From Octopus bimaculoides (taxonomy: Eukaryota), in the NCBI RefSeq assembly GCF_001194135.2, contig NC_068998.1, positions 46,032,607-46,096,606 on the forward strand: a stretch of 64,000 nt of DNA. The letters run 5' to 3'. Numbering within the stretch: position 1 is the first letter of the stretch; every line of letters starts with the position of its first letter. This document shows, in pieces, positions 1 through 13,024 of this stretch. The position numbers and the translations under genes are program-made. The notes beneath the pieces are model-generated. The model searched no databases. It had not been told where the DNA came from and saw only the letters and a program-made list of their open reading frames with translations.

Positions 1-32
1 TATATATATATATATATACATACATACGTACA

Positions 33-243
33 TGAGGGAGTGTTAAAAAGTTCCTGGTTTTAAGGGTATTGCGAAAGGCCTGGTTAGTGGTCCAAACGTC
101 CGAGTTCTTTTATAGGGCTTAGAAAAACTGGAGGACCGTTACAATAAGCGTGTGAATCTGAGGGGAATATATTGAATAAAATTATAATTAACTGATCCTC
201 CTGTATTTTCTTTTACCCAAAGCCAGGAACTTTTGAACGCTCA
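33..243 (+). mobile_element. Mariner-derived MITE (internally deleted)
   Basis: Inverted ends aaaagttcctggtt / aagccaggaactttt; retains transposase C-terminus KLEDRYNKRVNLRG-EYIE* at about 124-178. Confidence 0.7.
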
Positions 244-253
244 TATATATATC

Positions 254-285
<32 letters not shown>

Positions 286-927
286 GACACAGACACACAC
301 ATAAACATATATACACACACATTTATGTATGTGTATTTATATATATATTGTGGTTGGCATCTAGCTGTAGGAACCAAACCAAATAATACAGCAAACACCA
401 AGTGTTTCGGAGTAGCAGCTTCCAGTAAGAGATGACTTAGACTGTGACAATCCAACTATGTCCACCCATGTAAAAATGATGATGTGTGTGTGTGTATGTG
501 TGATTGATGGTAGAAGATAGTAATTGTCAGACTTTGGAAAATAATGTGTTGATAATAGTGGTAGAGCAAGGTGGCTATTTAGGTTCTAGCTATTTAGGTG
601 TCTCAGCTAAACAATGCATGTATGTGTGCACATGTGCGAGAGCTTTTATCTGGTCAAAGATATAATAAAATAGAATAAAAATATTATACATTGCGATATA
701 AATACTATATTCCATAAATATACAAACGCCTGCCAACAATTTGCTTTTCTCTGTAGATGAGATCTGTGAAATATTTCATTTCTAAACAATTCTATTTGTC
801 TGTGTGTCCCCCCATACACACACACACACAATAATTTTGTTTAGACAGTTAGAGTCTTCTGCATCCTCAACAAACCTAGACTTATTCTATTTTTGTCAAA
901 GTTATTATACAAACTATTTGCGATCAC

Positions 928-1076
928 ATGTGGTTATGTGGTAAGAAGCTTCCCAACCACATGGTTCTGGGTTCAGTCCTATTGCATGGCAACTTGGACA
1001 AGTGTCTTCTACTATGGCCTCAGGCTGACCAAAGCCTTGTGAGTGGATTTGGTAGATGGAAACTGAAAGAATCCCG

Positions 1077-1132
<56 letters not shown>

Positions 1133-1347
1133 CTATGTGTGTCTTTGTGTCTGTTTGTCCCCACCACCATTGCTTGACAACCAATGTTGGTGTGTTTACG
1201 TCCCTGTAACCTAACAGTTTGACCCCAAAATCAATCAAATAAGTTTTAGGGTTGAAAAAAACAAGTACTGGGGTTGATTCATTCAACTAGACGTTCTTTG
1301 AGGTGGTGCCCCAGCAAGGCCACAGTCTAATGATTGAAACAAGTAAA
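928..1347 (+). mobile_element. tRNA-derived SINE family A (head, core caacttggacaagtgtcttctactat, internal (TG)n/(TA)n, tail ...gaaacaagtaaa)
   Basis: Collinear with the near-intact copy at 48161-48555. Confidence 0.8.
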
Positions 1348-3447
1348 NNNNNNNNNNNNNNNNNNNNNNNNNNNNNNNNNNNNNNNNNNNNNNNNNNNNN
1401 NNNNNNNNNNNNNNNNNNNNNNNNNNNNNNNNNNNNNNNNNNNNNNNNNNNNNNNNNNNNNNNNNNNNNNNNNNNNNNNNNNNNNNNNNNNNNNNNNNNN
1501 NNNNNNNNNNNNNNNNNNNNNNNNNNNNNNNNNNNNNNNNNNNNNNNNNNNNNNNNNNNNNNNNNNNNNNNNNNNNNNNNNNNNNNNNNNNNNNNNNNNN
1601 NNNNNNNNNNNNNNNNNNNNNNNNNNNNNNNNNNNNNNNNNNNNNNNNNNNNNNNNNNNNNNNNNNNNNNNNNNNNNNNNNNNNNNNNNNNNNNNNNNNN
1701 NNNNNNNNNNNNNNNNNNNNNNNNNNNNNNNNNNNNNNNNNNNNNNNNNNNNNNNNNNNNNNNNNNNNNNNNNNNNNNNNNNNNNNNNNNNNNNNNNNNN
1801 NNNNNNNNNNNNNNNNNNNNNNNNNNNNNNNNNNNNNNNNNNNNNNNNNNNNNNNNNNNNNNNNNNTATATTAAGTGAGAGAGCGAATTAGACAAGGAGT
1901 TTGAGGTACCTATTCAATTTGGGGTACTTTACAATTCCCAAAATAGTTTGACGATATCTTTGGTTTCTGATTCCTTTTTTGTTTTCTCGAATCTTTTAAA
2001 ATATTTGGGTTAACTTGTAGATCCCAATATAATACAGTTACTCTTGGACTTGCAGTGGAATGGGAGAAGTGATAGGGTTGGGGGATAGTTGAGAGTTCGT
2101 GTTAGTTTTTTTTTTTAATATAAGAGCAGGGATCGAGGATTAGGGTTATAAAAGGGCTGGTTCTTAACAACAATTGCTGTGATAAATGATCCATTGAGTA
2201 GGCAGATAGTCCATTGTTCATTGGCTGAAGTTTTCTTTTTTTTTTATTGTTTTTTTTTAAACATGACAGAATTTAAACCAAACTACACTGGATGGAGTTA
2301 TGTGGACCAAAGTGCTTCACTACATCTCACTCCACTCTCTCTGTCCCAGTTCTCCTCACACACACACACACATGCAAACCCACATTAAATCCTTTTAAAT
2401 GTCTAGTTTATCAAACACACTTGCATATATCAATAATGTATATATTCACACACACATAATACGTATATAAACGTTTATACACACACGTCAATATTTATAC
2501 ATAGAACACACACATTAATATATTCATATAAACATATGAAAACTAATTAGAAATTACGTGTAACTGAATGTGTGTTGTTGGGTCATGTGTGTGTACGTGC
2601 GTGCGTGCATACGCCCATATGTATGTGTGTGTTAAGAGTTGTGGTATAGCCCCAGGCCAGCCTTCACTGTGTACCCCATTCTTCTCATAAGTATATCTAG
2701 AGCTAATTTATCTGATCTATTCTTAAAGAGAGTATGCTGTAATCTGAGGGATAATTGACTGGTATTTCTAGCAGGTCGTGTTAGGCCACATACAGGCTCT
2801 CTCTTTTTTAAATGAAAAGGGTTCCCCCGGTAAGATTCTGATGGAATTCTTTAACTCCTGACACCACAGCACCAAACAATACAATTAGCTCGTCGTGACA
2901 GAGGAGTTACTTCCCTTTACACATTCTTCAAAATGATGGACACTGAATTCTGAAGGAGAGTTGTGTGTGTTAATATTGTGTGAAAGACAAAGACCACTAT
3001 CATGTAAAAACTTGAAGGTCTCTTGAAAACCTGGCAATTTCTATCGTACTAAGTTTTCTAAATTAAAACCTTCCATCAAAATTTTATATTTTATGTGCTA
3101 AAGACCAGCTTTACAAATGACGAAGTTAGCTGACTAAATTCTTTATAATTTTAAAATCAATTGAAACAAAGGCAGCTTATATCAACAGAAATACTGCAAT
3201 GGAACTATTAAATATTTTTACCACACCAGGGAGACTTGGAACTGGTATTGTATCCTGACAATTCCTCCTAATAGCTACTTTCACAGCTAATTACCAACTT
3301 GGAGATGATGAAAAATCAATCCTATATGTTTTTGAAGCCATGCACCAATCAGTTTAACCATTGAGAATTTGATTCCTGTAAATATAATGTTCTTGTAATT
3401 TGATGTTGTCTGTTTTTCCTGAAGCCCTATACAACTGTAGCAATAGA

Positions 3448-3581
3448 CATGTATGTAAAGTACCACTAAGTCTAACTATTCATGTATGTAAAGTACCACT
3501 AAGTCTAACTATTCATGTATGTAAAGTACCACTAAGTCTAACTATTCATGTATGTAAAGTACCACTAAGTCTAACTATTCA
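3448..3581. repeat. Minisatellite, 4 perfect copies of 33 bp catgtatgtaaagtaccactaagtctaactatt
   Basis: Units start at 3448, 3481, 3514, 3547; no spacers. Confidence 0.95.
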
Positions 3582-4233
3582 CTATGGGTTTCTCTAATAG
3601 CCATGTGCAATTAACAGAGACTAGTGATGTTCAATGCCAGTTTATTTTTTTTATATAACACCAAAAGGAAAGAGAGATAAGCTCCCCACCACACACACAC
3701 ACACACACACACACACAGGATTACCAAACAAATCTCTCACTTTTTCCCAACAACCAGATCAACTACAATGACCCAGAAGAGTCCAGTTATGGTTTGGTTT
3801 CTTTATAAAGTAACCCCAAAGTGGATGAGAAATAATTCTTTCCTGTTCCCACCTGGCTAGGATAACAGTCCATCACAGCTAACATTCCCCTCACATGTTT
3901 ACTACTGACTGACAATGAGGTGTACTGAGGCACTGTATACTGCTTGATTAAATGTATGTCTTGACCCTGTTACAACAACGTGCCTGGAATGCGTTTGGAA
4001 CTCATACAACATACCAGGAGGTGGCAGTCGAATTCTAGAACCATTTCAACATTTTCTGATATCAAGAAATACTGTAAATGGTTGATGGAGGGAAAGAAAC
4101 CATTGATAGTTGCTGTGCAGTGGACAAACATAGTTCCAAGTAGGTGTGTTTGTGTGTAATGTATGTGGGTATATATGTGTATGTGGCTGTATGTATGTAT
4201 ATATGTCTGTAAACACATGTGTGTGTGTGTGCA

Positions 4234-4278
<45 letters not shown>

Positions 4279-5017
4279 NNNNNNNNNNNNNNNNNNNNNN
4301 NNNNNNNNNNNNNNNNNNNNNNNNNNNNNNNNNNNNNNNNNNNNNNNNNNNNNNNNNNNNNNNNNNNNNNNNNNNNNNNNNNNNNNNNNNNNNNNNNNNN
4401 NNNNNNNNNNNNNNNNNNNNNNNNNNNNNNNNNNNNNNNNNNNNNNNNNNNNNNNNNNNNNNNNNNNNNNNNNNNNNNNNNNNNNNNNNNNNNNNNNNNN
4501 NNNNNNNNNNNNNNNNNNNNNNNNNNNNNNNNNNNNNNNNNNNNNNNNNNNNNNNNNNNNNNNNNNNNNNNNNNNNNNNNNNNNNNNNNNNNNNNNNNNN
4601 NNNNNNNNNNNNNNNNNNNNNNNNNNNNNNNNNNNNNNNNNNNNNNNNNNNNNNNNNNNNNNNNNNNNNNNNNNNNNNNNNNNNNNNNNNNNNNNNNNNN
4701 NNNNNNNNNNNNNNNNNNNNNNNNNNNNNNNNNNNNNNNNNNNNNNNNNNNNNNNNNNNNNNNNNNNNNNNNNNNNNNNNNNNNNNNNNNNNNNNNNNNN
4801 NNNNNNNNNNNNNNNNNNNNNNNNNNNNNNNNNNNNNNNNNNNNNNNNNNNNNNNNNNNNNNNNNNNNNNNNNNNNNNNNNNNNNNNNNNNNNNNNNNNN
4901 NNNNNNNNNNNNNNNNNNNNNNNNNNNNNNNNNNNNNNNNNNNNNNNNNNNNNNNNNNNNNNNNNNNNNNNNNNNNNNNNNNNNNNNNNNNNNNNNNNNN
5001 NNNNNNNNNNNNNNNNN

Positions 5018-5420
5018 ATTGATCCCAGTGTTTCACTGGTACTTAATTTATCAACCCCGAAAGGATGAAAAGCAAAGTCAACCTTAGTGGAATTTGAACT
5101 CAGAACTTGAAGACAAACGAAATGCTGCTAAGCGTTTTGCCTGGTGTGTAAACGATTCTGCCATCTTGCCTCCTTAACAATAATAATAATTCTTTCTACC
5201 GTAGGCACAAGACCTGAAATTTGAGGGAGGAGGATAGTTGATTAACATTGAACCCAGTATTTGACTGGTACGTATTTTATTGACCTCGAAAGGGTGAAAG
5301 GCAAAGTTGACCTTGGCAGAATTTGAACTCAGAACATAAAGACAGATGAAATGCTGTGAAGCATTTTGCTCGGCATGCTAACGATTCTGTCAACTTACCA
5401 CCTTGACAATAATAATAATA
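5018..5420 (-). mobile_element. Two tandem copies of SINE family B (ggtgagctggcagaatcgttagc...gagttcaaatt...gactttgcctttcatcc) with (AAT)n junctions
   Basis: Reverse complement of the copies at 14465-15170. Confidence 0.75.
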
Positions 5421-5898
5421 ATAATAATAATTATATACAAACTGTTAAAGACAAGGTAAAGGTATATAAAATGAATAAATATTGGACTGAATGAATTTTG
5501 GTGAAAATGTTGAGAGTTGTATGCGTGGTAAGGTGTAGGGGTAAGTGGAGATGTTGTAAGGGTGTGGGGTGTGATATAGCATGGGTATATGTGATATTGT
5601 GTGGATGTGGGATAGGGTATCAGTAGGTGTGATACCATGTGAGTATGGGGTAAAAATATAAGGGTATTTGAGGATGTTTGTTGGTACATGTGATATTGTG
5701 GGACCATGTGTGATAAAGTTTGAGTATATGTGAGAATGAATAATAAGGTGTATATGTATAGATGTGGGTATATCTGGGGTGTGTATGGATGGTTTGGTAG
5801 CATTTCATTTGTGTGGGAATGGTAAAATTGACCCTAAATCAGGCAGACCGTTTCAAATGAGAAATACCAAAGTTCCATTGAAATCTAATATAAAGCAT

Positions 5899-5934
<36 letters not shown>

Positions 5935-6084
5935 CAGAAAAGATACAATCACAGCTACTGTGTACTGAGTATGTCATGCATATATATATACACACACACA
6001 CACACACATGTGCACTCACACACACATATATCAACATAGTAATTAAATATAAATTTCAATAATGTTAATCAGTTTTAGTGAGAA

Positions 6085-6255
6085 ACGGACAAAAAAACAA
6101 AACATTTTTATTTGATTCCCAGACTACTACCCACTCCATCGCCAACGCCATCACTGTCCATGTCATCATCATCATCATCATCGTCATCATCACCATGATC
6201 ATCCCCAGTGATATGCTGTTTATGAAGATTCTTTCAGTTTTATTAAGTTTTCAAT
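6085..6255 (-). CDS. Probable terminal exon: G|AT TGA (Asp-stop at 6251-6253) plus short 3'UTR; AATAAA at 6107-6112 followed by a U/GU-rich tract
   Basis: Very strong acceptor ttttttgtttttttttttcag at 6256; all three phases stop within 12 codons; the end coordinate is estimated from the poly(A) signal. Confidence 0.55.
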
Positions 6256-6406
6256 CTGAAAAAAAAAACAAAAAACATAATTCATTAGTTAAATTAAATT
6301 AAATCCCAATGTATTCAGTATTGGATCTATTTTTCATAACTAGAGAATGTAATGTTATGGCCCCTATCCTAGAATATATATATGTGTGTGTGTGTATGTA
6401 TATGTG

Positions 6407-6482
<76 letters not shown>

Positions 6483-7190
6483 TATANNNNNNNNNNNNNN
6501 NNNNNNNNNNNNNNNNNNNNNNNNNNNNNNNNNNNNNNNNNNNNNNNNNNNNNNNNNNNNNNNNNNNNNNNNNNNNNNNNNNNNNNNNNNNNNNNNNNNN
6601 NNNNNNNNNNNNNNNNNNNNNNNNNNNNNNNNNNNNNNNNNNNNNNNNNNNNNNNNNNNNNNNNNNNNNNNNNNNNNNNNNNNNNNNNNNNNNNNNNNNN
6701 NNNNNNNNNNNNNNNNNNNNNNNNNNNNNNNNNNNNNNNNNNNNNNNNNNNNNNNNNNNNNNNNNNNNNNNNNNNNNNNNNNNNNNNNNNNNNNNNNNNN
6801 NNNNNNNNNNNNNNNNNNNNNNNNNNNNNNNNNNNNNNNNNNNNNNNNNNNNNNNNNNNNNNNNNNNNNNNNNNNNNNNNNNNNNNNNNNNNNNNNNNNN
6901 NNNNNNNNNNNNNNNNNNNNNNNNNNNNNNNNNNNNNNNNNNNNNNNNNNNNNNNNNNNNNNNNNNNNNNNNNNNNNNNNNNNNNNNNNNNNNNNNNNNN
7001 NNNNNNNNNNNNNNNNNNNNNNNNNNNNNNNNNNNNNNNNNNNNNNNNNNNNNNNNNNNNNNNNNNNNNNNNNNNNNNNNNNNNNNNNNNNNNNNNNNNN
7101 NNNNNNNNNNNNNNNNNNNNNNNNNNNNNNNNNNNNNNNNNNNNNNNNNNNNNNNNNNNNNNNNNNNNNNNNNNNNNNNNNNNNNNNNNT

Positions 7191-7313
7191 TAACGTGTGA
7201 GGATTAAAAAATATGGGAATTTCTTATACATAGATAGTATTATAATTCTGTCCAAAACCTTTCTAAATTATAAGCCCCCAAAATTTGGGGGTTTCTTATA
7301 CACGTTAAAATAC

Positions 7314-7317
<4 letters not shown>
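7191..7317. mobile_element. Pogo/Tc2-like MITE end (...cttatacacgttaaaatacggta)
   Basis: TACCGTATTT-type terminus; related degenerate termini at about 52152 and 52479. Confidence 0.45.
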
Positions 7318-7350
<33 letters not shown>

Positions 7351-7905
7351 TATATGTATGTGTGTATACTCTTTTACTCTTTTACTTGTTTCAGTCATTT
7401 GACTGTGGCCATGCTGGAGCACCACCTTTAGTCGAGCAAATCGACCCCAGGACTTATTCTTTGGATGCCTATGGGGACATAAACACACCAGCATCGGTTG
7501 GCAAGCGATGTTGGGGGGACAAACACATCGCTTTAACATGGTTTTTATAACTTGATGCCTTTCCTTAAAGCAATCGCATTATAGAATATACAGGCTACTT
7601 CTTTCATGATTCTAGCACTTGAGCGGTGACCATGCAGCTAACAGCTCTAAGATCTTTGATTTAGTGGGGTTACAGTAGAGGAGCAGGTGGCTTTATGCTT
7701 GGAGACGAGACATGAAAACAGGGGCCAGAATAGAACAGGTTTTTTTTGTTGTTGCAGAGGATCTACCCACATTATAGAAAAATGGGTGTGAGCAACCAAG
7801 AAAGACTTCCTATCTCATTATTAAAGAACCCCTACATTTTTTCCACCTCCAGCACCATCCACTCCCTTCCTCCCTTTGTATTTCTACCTGAGAGACATTG
7901 CTCAC

Positions 7906-7962
7906 CGTTTGAGATTGAATTCTGTTCTGATGTCCCTTCATTCGTCTCTAATGAGTTTGTAC
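7906..7962 (-). CDS. Probable C-terminal exon (phase 1-1): TNSLETNEGTSEQNSISN; second in-frame donor 18 nt further at 7888
   Basis: Acceptor tatctttttcag, donors AACG|GTGAGC and TCAG|GTAGAA; 57 nt; phase fits the 13081 donor. Confidence 0.65.
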
Positions 7963-9857
7963 CTGAAAAAGATATATATAGGTCTTTTACTATATATATN
8001 NNNNNNNNNNNNNNNNNNNNNNNNNNNNNNNNNNNNNNNNNNNNNNNNNNNNNNNNNNNNNNNNNNNNNNNNNNNNNNNNNNNNNNNNNNNNNNNNNNNN
8101 NNNNNNNNNNNNNNNNNNNNNNNNNNNNNNNNNNNNNNNNNNNNNNNNNNNNNNNNNNNNNNNNNNNNNNNNNNNNNNNNNNNNNNNNNNNNNNNNNNNN
8201 NNNNNNNNNNNNNNNNNNNNNNNNNNNNNNNNNNNNNNNNNNNNNNNNNNNNNNNNNNNNNNNNNNNNNNNNNNNNNNNNNNNNNNNNNNNNNNNNNNNN
8301 NNNNNNNNNNNNNNNNNNNNNNNNNNNNNNNNNNNNNNNNNNNNNNNNNNNNNNNNNNNNNNNNNNNNNNNNNNNNNNNNNNNNNNNNNNNNNNNNNNNN
8401 NNNNNNNNNNNNNNNNNNNNNNNNNNNNNNNNNNNNNNNNNNNNNNNNNNNNNNNNNNNNNNNNNNNNNNNNNNNNNNNNNNNNNNNNNNNNNNNNNNNN
8501 NNNNNNNNNNNNNNNNNNNNNNNNNNNNNNNNNNNNNNNNNNNNNNNNNNNNNNNNNNNNNNNNNNNNNNNNNNNNNNNNNNNNNNNNNNNNNNNNNNNN
8601 NNNNNNNNNNNNNNNNNNNNNNNNNNNNNNNNNNNNNNNNNNNNNNNNNTATATATATAGTAGATTCTACTGCCATAAACAACAGATGAGTGTTCTGCAA
8701 CTTATCGTCACTATGATCTTGAGCTGAGCTTTGGTTTGTATGTAAGAGACATTATATTACTTTACATATGTATACATAATTTTATTTTGCATTTACAAGT
8801 AGTATTATATAATAAAAAGTACTCGTTTATTAACGTAGAATAAATATATTTTCCATTAAATACATTAGCTAAAATTATCTATTCCATCACTATAAATTTT
8901 ATACAAGACAAGCAATCTTCAGATGATATCTCAGTAAACTATTAGTGCATTCATATCCACAACATTTTATGACAAGAATAGCACAGTCTAAATCTCTGCT
9001 TAAAGTTAACACTTGAAATTTTTTTGAAAATGACATCATGAAGTAAAACTTTATTTACTCAATTATAACAGGGCAACAGAACCTGACTATACCCCTTATA
9101 AACAACAGCACCAGCCAAGGATTTTGTAGCATACCAAATATTTACAATATGCTCTCCCAAAATGCTACATTAACTGGTTTGCATTGTAGATTTTCTCCAC
9201 TACTGTATTATTTGACACTGACTGCTTGCTTCCATTTTATTCAAACAGCAGCATCAATTCTTGTCTGTTATTTCATGTTATATAAAATATGGTTCACATT
9301 CGATACATTTTCAATAGTGACCAACCACCAGACTCAAGTATGAAGTCCTATGGAATGTTGGTTATTTAACTGTAATGTTTTAAATAGCTTTAGTGCCTCC
9401 TTTTACTGAGATACCATCAAAGGGTTGCTTTTTTCGGTGTCCTGAAATTTAAAGTAGCTGAACACTCAATTTTAACTATAATATATATATATATANNNNN
9501 NNNNNNNNNNNNNNNNNNNNNNNNNNNNNNNNNNNNNNNNNNNNNNNNNNNNNNNNNNNNNNNNNNNNNNNNNNNNNNNNNNNNNNNNNNNNNNNNNNNN
9601 NNNNNNNNNNNNNNNNNNNNNNNNNNNNNNNNNNNNNNNNNNNNNNNNNNNNNNNNNNNNNNNNNNNNNNNNNNNNNNNNNNNNNNNNNNNNNNNNNNNN
9701 NNNNNNNNNNNNNNNNNNNNNNNNNNNNNNNNNNNNNNNNNNNNNNNNNNNNNNNNNNNNNNNNNNNNNNNNNNNNNNNNNNNNNNNNNNNNNNNNNNNN
9801 NNNNNNNNNNNNNNNNNNNNNNNNNNNNNNNNNNNNNNNNNNNTTATATATTAGAAA

Positions 9858-10116
9858 AAATAAGATACTCAGAGATCTGGATGGTTGTACATTTACAGAA
9901 TCTTATTAATATGTCACATGTTTTTATAAATCATATATTAGCGCTTGCATCTACTCTAGTAAACTCTTCAGATTTAAGGTTTTGGAGGGGATTCATCTCT
10001 TTTAATAGTATTATTGAGTGTGTAGGGGTGGAGAGAGATATATAGCAAAGTAAAAAAGGGTTAGGACATATTAATAAAAATCTGTAAATGTACAACCATC
10101 CAGATCTCTGAGCACC

Positions 10117-10120
<4 letters not shown>
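9858..10120. mobile_element. About 260-bp element with ~55-bp inverted ends and an internal hammerhead-like motif (Penelope-like derivative)
   Basis: tactcagagatctggatggttgtacatttacag...taatatgtc is mirrored at about 10065-10120; second partial copy at about 29545-29660. Confidence 0.7.
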
Positions 10121-10160
<40 letters not shown>

Positions 10161-10279
10161 ATGTTTCACTTAGGCAATACTAATAAATTAATATACAAAT
10201 GCTTCAGAATAAAGGGTTTGTTGAGTACAGAGTATGAAATGAAATGACAAAGGAACAGGAAATTATGCAATGAACTTCA

Positions 10280-10424
10280 TTAGCTTACAACTGTTTCTGC
10301 ATCAAGATGCTTGTGCATCACCTTATAGCTTTCTCAGAGCTTCTCCAAGGAAGCTATGAGATGATGCAAAAAGCACTCAGCTCTGAGTGTACAACATTGT
10401 ATAGTAGAAACAACTGTAAGCTAA
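10280..10424. mobile_element. Short inverted-repeat element with GAAAC-AG(C/T)TG-TA type ends (Penelope-like terminus)
   Basis: ttagcttacaactgtttct ... agaaacaactgtaagctaa. Confidence 0.55.
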
Positions 10425-10532
10425 AGGAAGGTCATAGTATAAAACAACAGTAAGCTTATCACAATTGCTTATGGGTTACATAAGATCAGCCAATGCTTTT
10501 GGTATGAATTCAGACACACATTTTTTATTTAC

Positions 10533-10577
10533 CAAGCAATGGTGTTGCTGTCAGATATTCATGGTTAAAATTTAATT
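10533..10577 (-). CDS. Candidate symmetric C-terminal exon (phase 1-1): (K)LNFNHEYLTATPLL
   Basis: Acceptor tttttgatctgtaatcatttcag, donor TTG|GTAAAT; 45 nt open frame; no homology support. Confidence 0.45.
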
Positions 10578-10638
10578 CTGAAATGATTACAGATCAAAAA
10601 TGATGAAACATATACTTACATAATGAACATGTATCAAT

Positions 10639-10695
<57 letters not shown>

Positions 10696-10699
10696 GTGG

Positions 10700-10976
10700 T
10701 TGGTATATTTGGCTCACGATCGTAAGGTTGTGAGTTCTATTCATGGCAATGCGTTGTGTCCTTGAACAAGACACTTTATTTCACTTTGCTCCAGTCCACT
10801 CAGCTGGCAAAAATGCGTAGTACCTTTATTTCAAAGGGCCAGCCTTGTCACACTCTGTGTCACACTGAATCTCCCTGAGAACTACATTAAGGGTAAATGT
10901 GTCCCTGGAGTGCTCAACAGGCTGTTCCGTTGGTCGTATCAGCTGGGACCCTCATCATCATAACTGGCAGAGTGCT

Positions 10977-10980
<4 letters not shown>
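10700..10980 (+). mobile_element. SINE family C, diverged copy
   Basis: Shares ccttgtcacactctgtgtcac...gagaactac...ctggaaccctc with 37549-37923. Confidence 0.7.
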
Positions 10981-11021
<41 letters not shown>

Positions 11022-11169
11022 ATTATATGCCTTTGAAGAGTGACTAGTGGTCTCTATCACATAGTCTTCCACCAGTCTGTTTATCATTTTACCAGTGTTA
11101 ATATTCTACTAAAATCTCTACTACAGTTTTCTGGTCAACACTGCTACAATCTGTGGACATATTTATATA

Positions 11170-11400
11170 AAATAAATTTTTTAAAAAATGTACAGGACTC
11201 CTGATTTTCAGAAATCCTATTTTTACTCCTAGAATTGTCAAAGCATGGAACCAGCTACCTATGTACGTCCATTATTAGCAGTCAGGACACTGTATCCTTC
11301 GATAAATTCCATGCTTCCTGAACTTCACGAACACTTCTCCTGATGTAGCCATGCACCCTTTCCTCTTTACGACTCTCTTAGTGTTCATTTGTCTCTCTTC
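11170..11400 (+). mobile_element. 3' fragment of a CR1/L2-type LINE
   Basis: agaattgtcaaagcatggaaccagctacct = RIVKAWNQLP, the C-terminal RVxxxWNxLP motif of CR1/L2 ORF2. Confidence 0.5.
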
Positions 11401-11989
11401 TTGTGTTTTATTTTGTGTACTGTGCATGTGCTTCTAGCTTTCATTGCTGTCTTTCTTTACTTCCCTTGTATGGCTGCATTCTGTTGCCTCTCTCTTTTAA
11501 CCCTTTCCAACAAGTTGCAGAGCACCTGAGCACTGTACGAAATAGGCTTAATTTTATTGTTATTATTATCATTACCTACCAGCTTGCTGTTCTATCAGTG
11601 TTAACATAATACCAAACTTCTGTATTCTTCCACTACGTTGACCAACAACGTAGTCTGTGCAGGACTTATCTCCCTTGCATTAATTGGTCATGTGATCTAT
11701 ACAATTCATTTTCTTTCCCTTAGACTTCAGTTCTTTGTATTTATATGCTGGGAGTCCTATGGCACCTAAAATTAATGTGGTATTCAGAGACATGGTACCT
11801 AAGATTGGTGCGATCTAATCTCTCAAAATGAATTGAATGGGAAAGGTTGATCTTTGTTAACAGTCAAGGGAGACAACTATGGACATGTTTCTGCCTTTTC
11901 GGACTTGTCCAAGATATCGGGCATCGGAAGGAAACCCAACAACTTATGGCTGTGGAGCAAATATCTTAACTATTTATACATGCTTACAT

Positions 11990-12021
<32 letters not shown>

Positions 12022-12872
12022 NNNNNNNNNNNNNNNNNNNNNNNNNNNNNNNNNNNNNNNNNNNNNNNNNNNNNNNNNNNNNNNNNNNNNNNNNNNNNNN
12101 NNNNNNNNNNNNNNNNNNNNNNNNNNNNNNNNNNNNNNNNNNNNNNNNNNNNNNNNNNNNNNNNNNNNNNNNNNNNNNNNNNNNNNNNNNNNNNNNNNNN
12201 NNNNNNNNNNNNNNNNNNNNNNNNNNNNNNNNNNNNNNNNNNNNNNNNNNNNNNNNNNNNNNNNNNNNNNNNNNNNNNNNNNNNNNNNNNNNNNNNNNNN
12301 NNNNNNNNNNNNNNNNNNNNNNNNNNNNNNNNNNNNNNNNNNNNNNNNNNNNNNNNNNNNNNNNNNNNNNNNNNNNNNNNNNNNNNNNNNNNNNNNNNNN
12401 NNNNNNNNNNNNNNNNNNNNNNNNNNNNNNNNNNNNNNNNATACACACACATGCAGGCTAGTCCCAGCAAACCATCATGCAATGACCAAACCATCTCCAA
12501 GCCACTAACCATCACCATCATCACTAGTGAAACCATCACCAAGCCATCAACATCATCACTTGCACCGTCAAACTGCCATCACTACTACCAAACCATGTGA
12601 CACACACACACACACACACACAAAAGCACCAACCATCATCACCATCAGCTCTTCACACACACACCAATCACCACCAAACCATCTCTCTCTCTCTTTCTCT
12701 CCAATCACTACAACCACTACACCATTGAACCATACTGTACCTTATATACACATACACACCAACTACCATCATCATCACCATCACTGCCACAGCCACCACC
12801 ACACACACAAACACACACACACACACACATAACAATCGCCATAACCATCATAACCAAGCCATCACCAAACCA

Positions 12873-12905
<33 letters not shown>

Positions 12906-13024
12906 TTCACACCTCAATCACCACCACCACCAAACCATCTTGTATCTTACACAAACACACACACCAGTTGCCCTCACGACCTCATCCCAAAAGCTACCCC
13001 CACCCCCTGCTCATCCCCAAACCA

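Noticed and set aside
1890-2060. Short open minus-strand frames rich in K/Q/E near the window start
   Set aside because: No convincing acceptor; lies beyond the predicted terminal exon
3448-3581. 33-bp repeats as a CRISPR array or 11-aa repeat protein
   Set aside because: Units are contiguous with no spacers, there are no cas genes, and the context is eukaryotic; no splice support for the ORF
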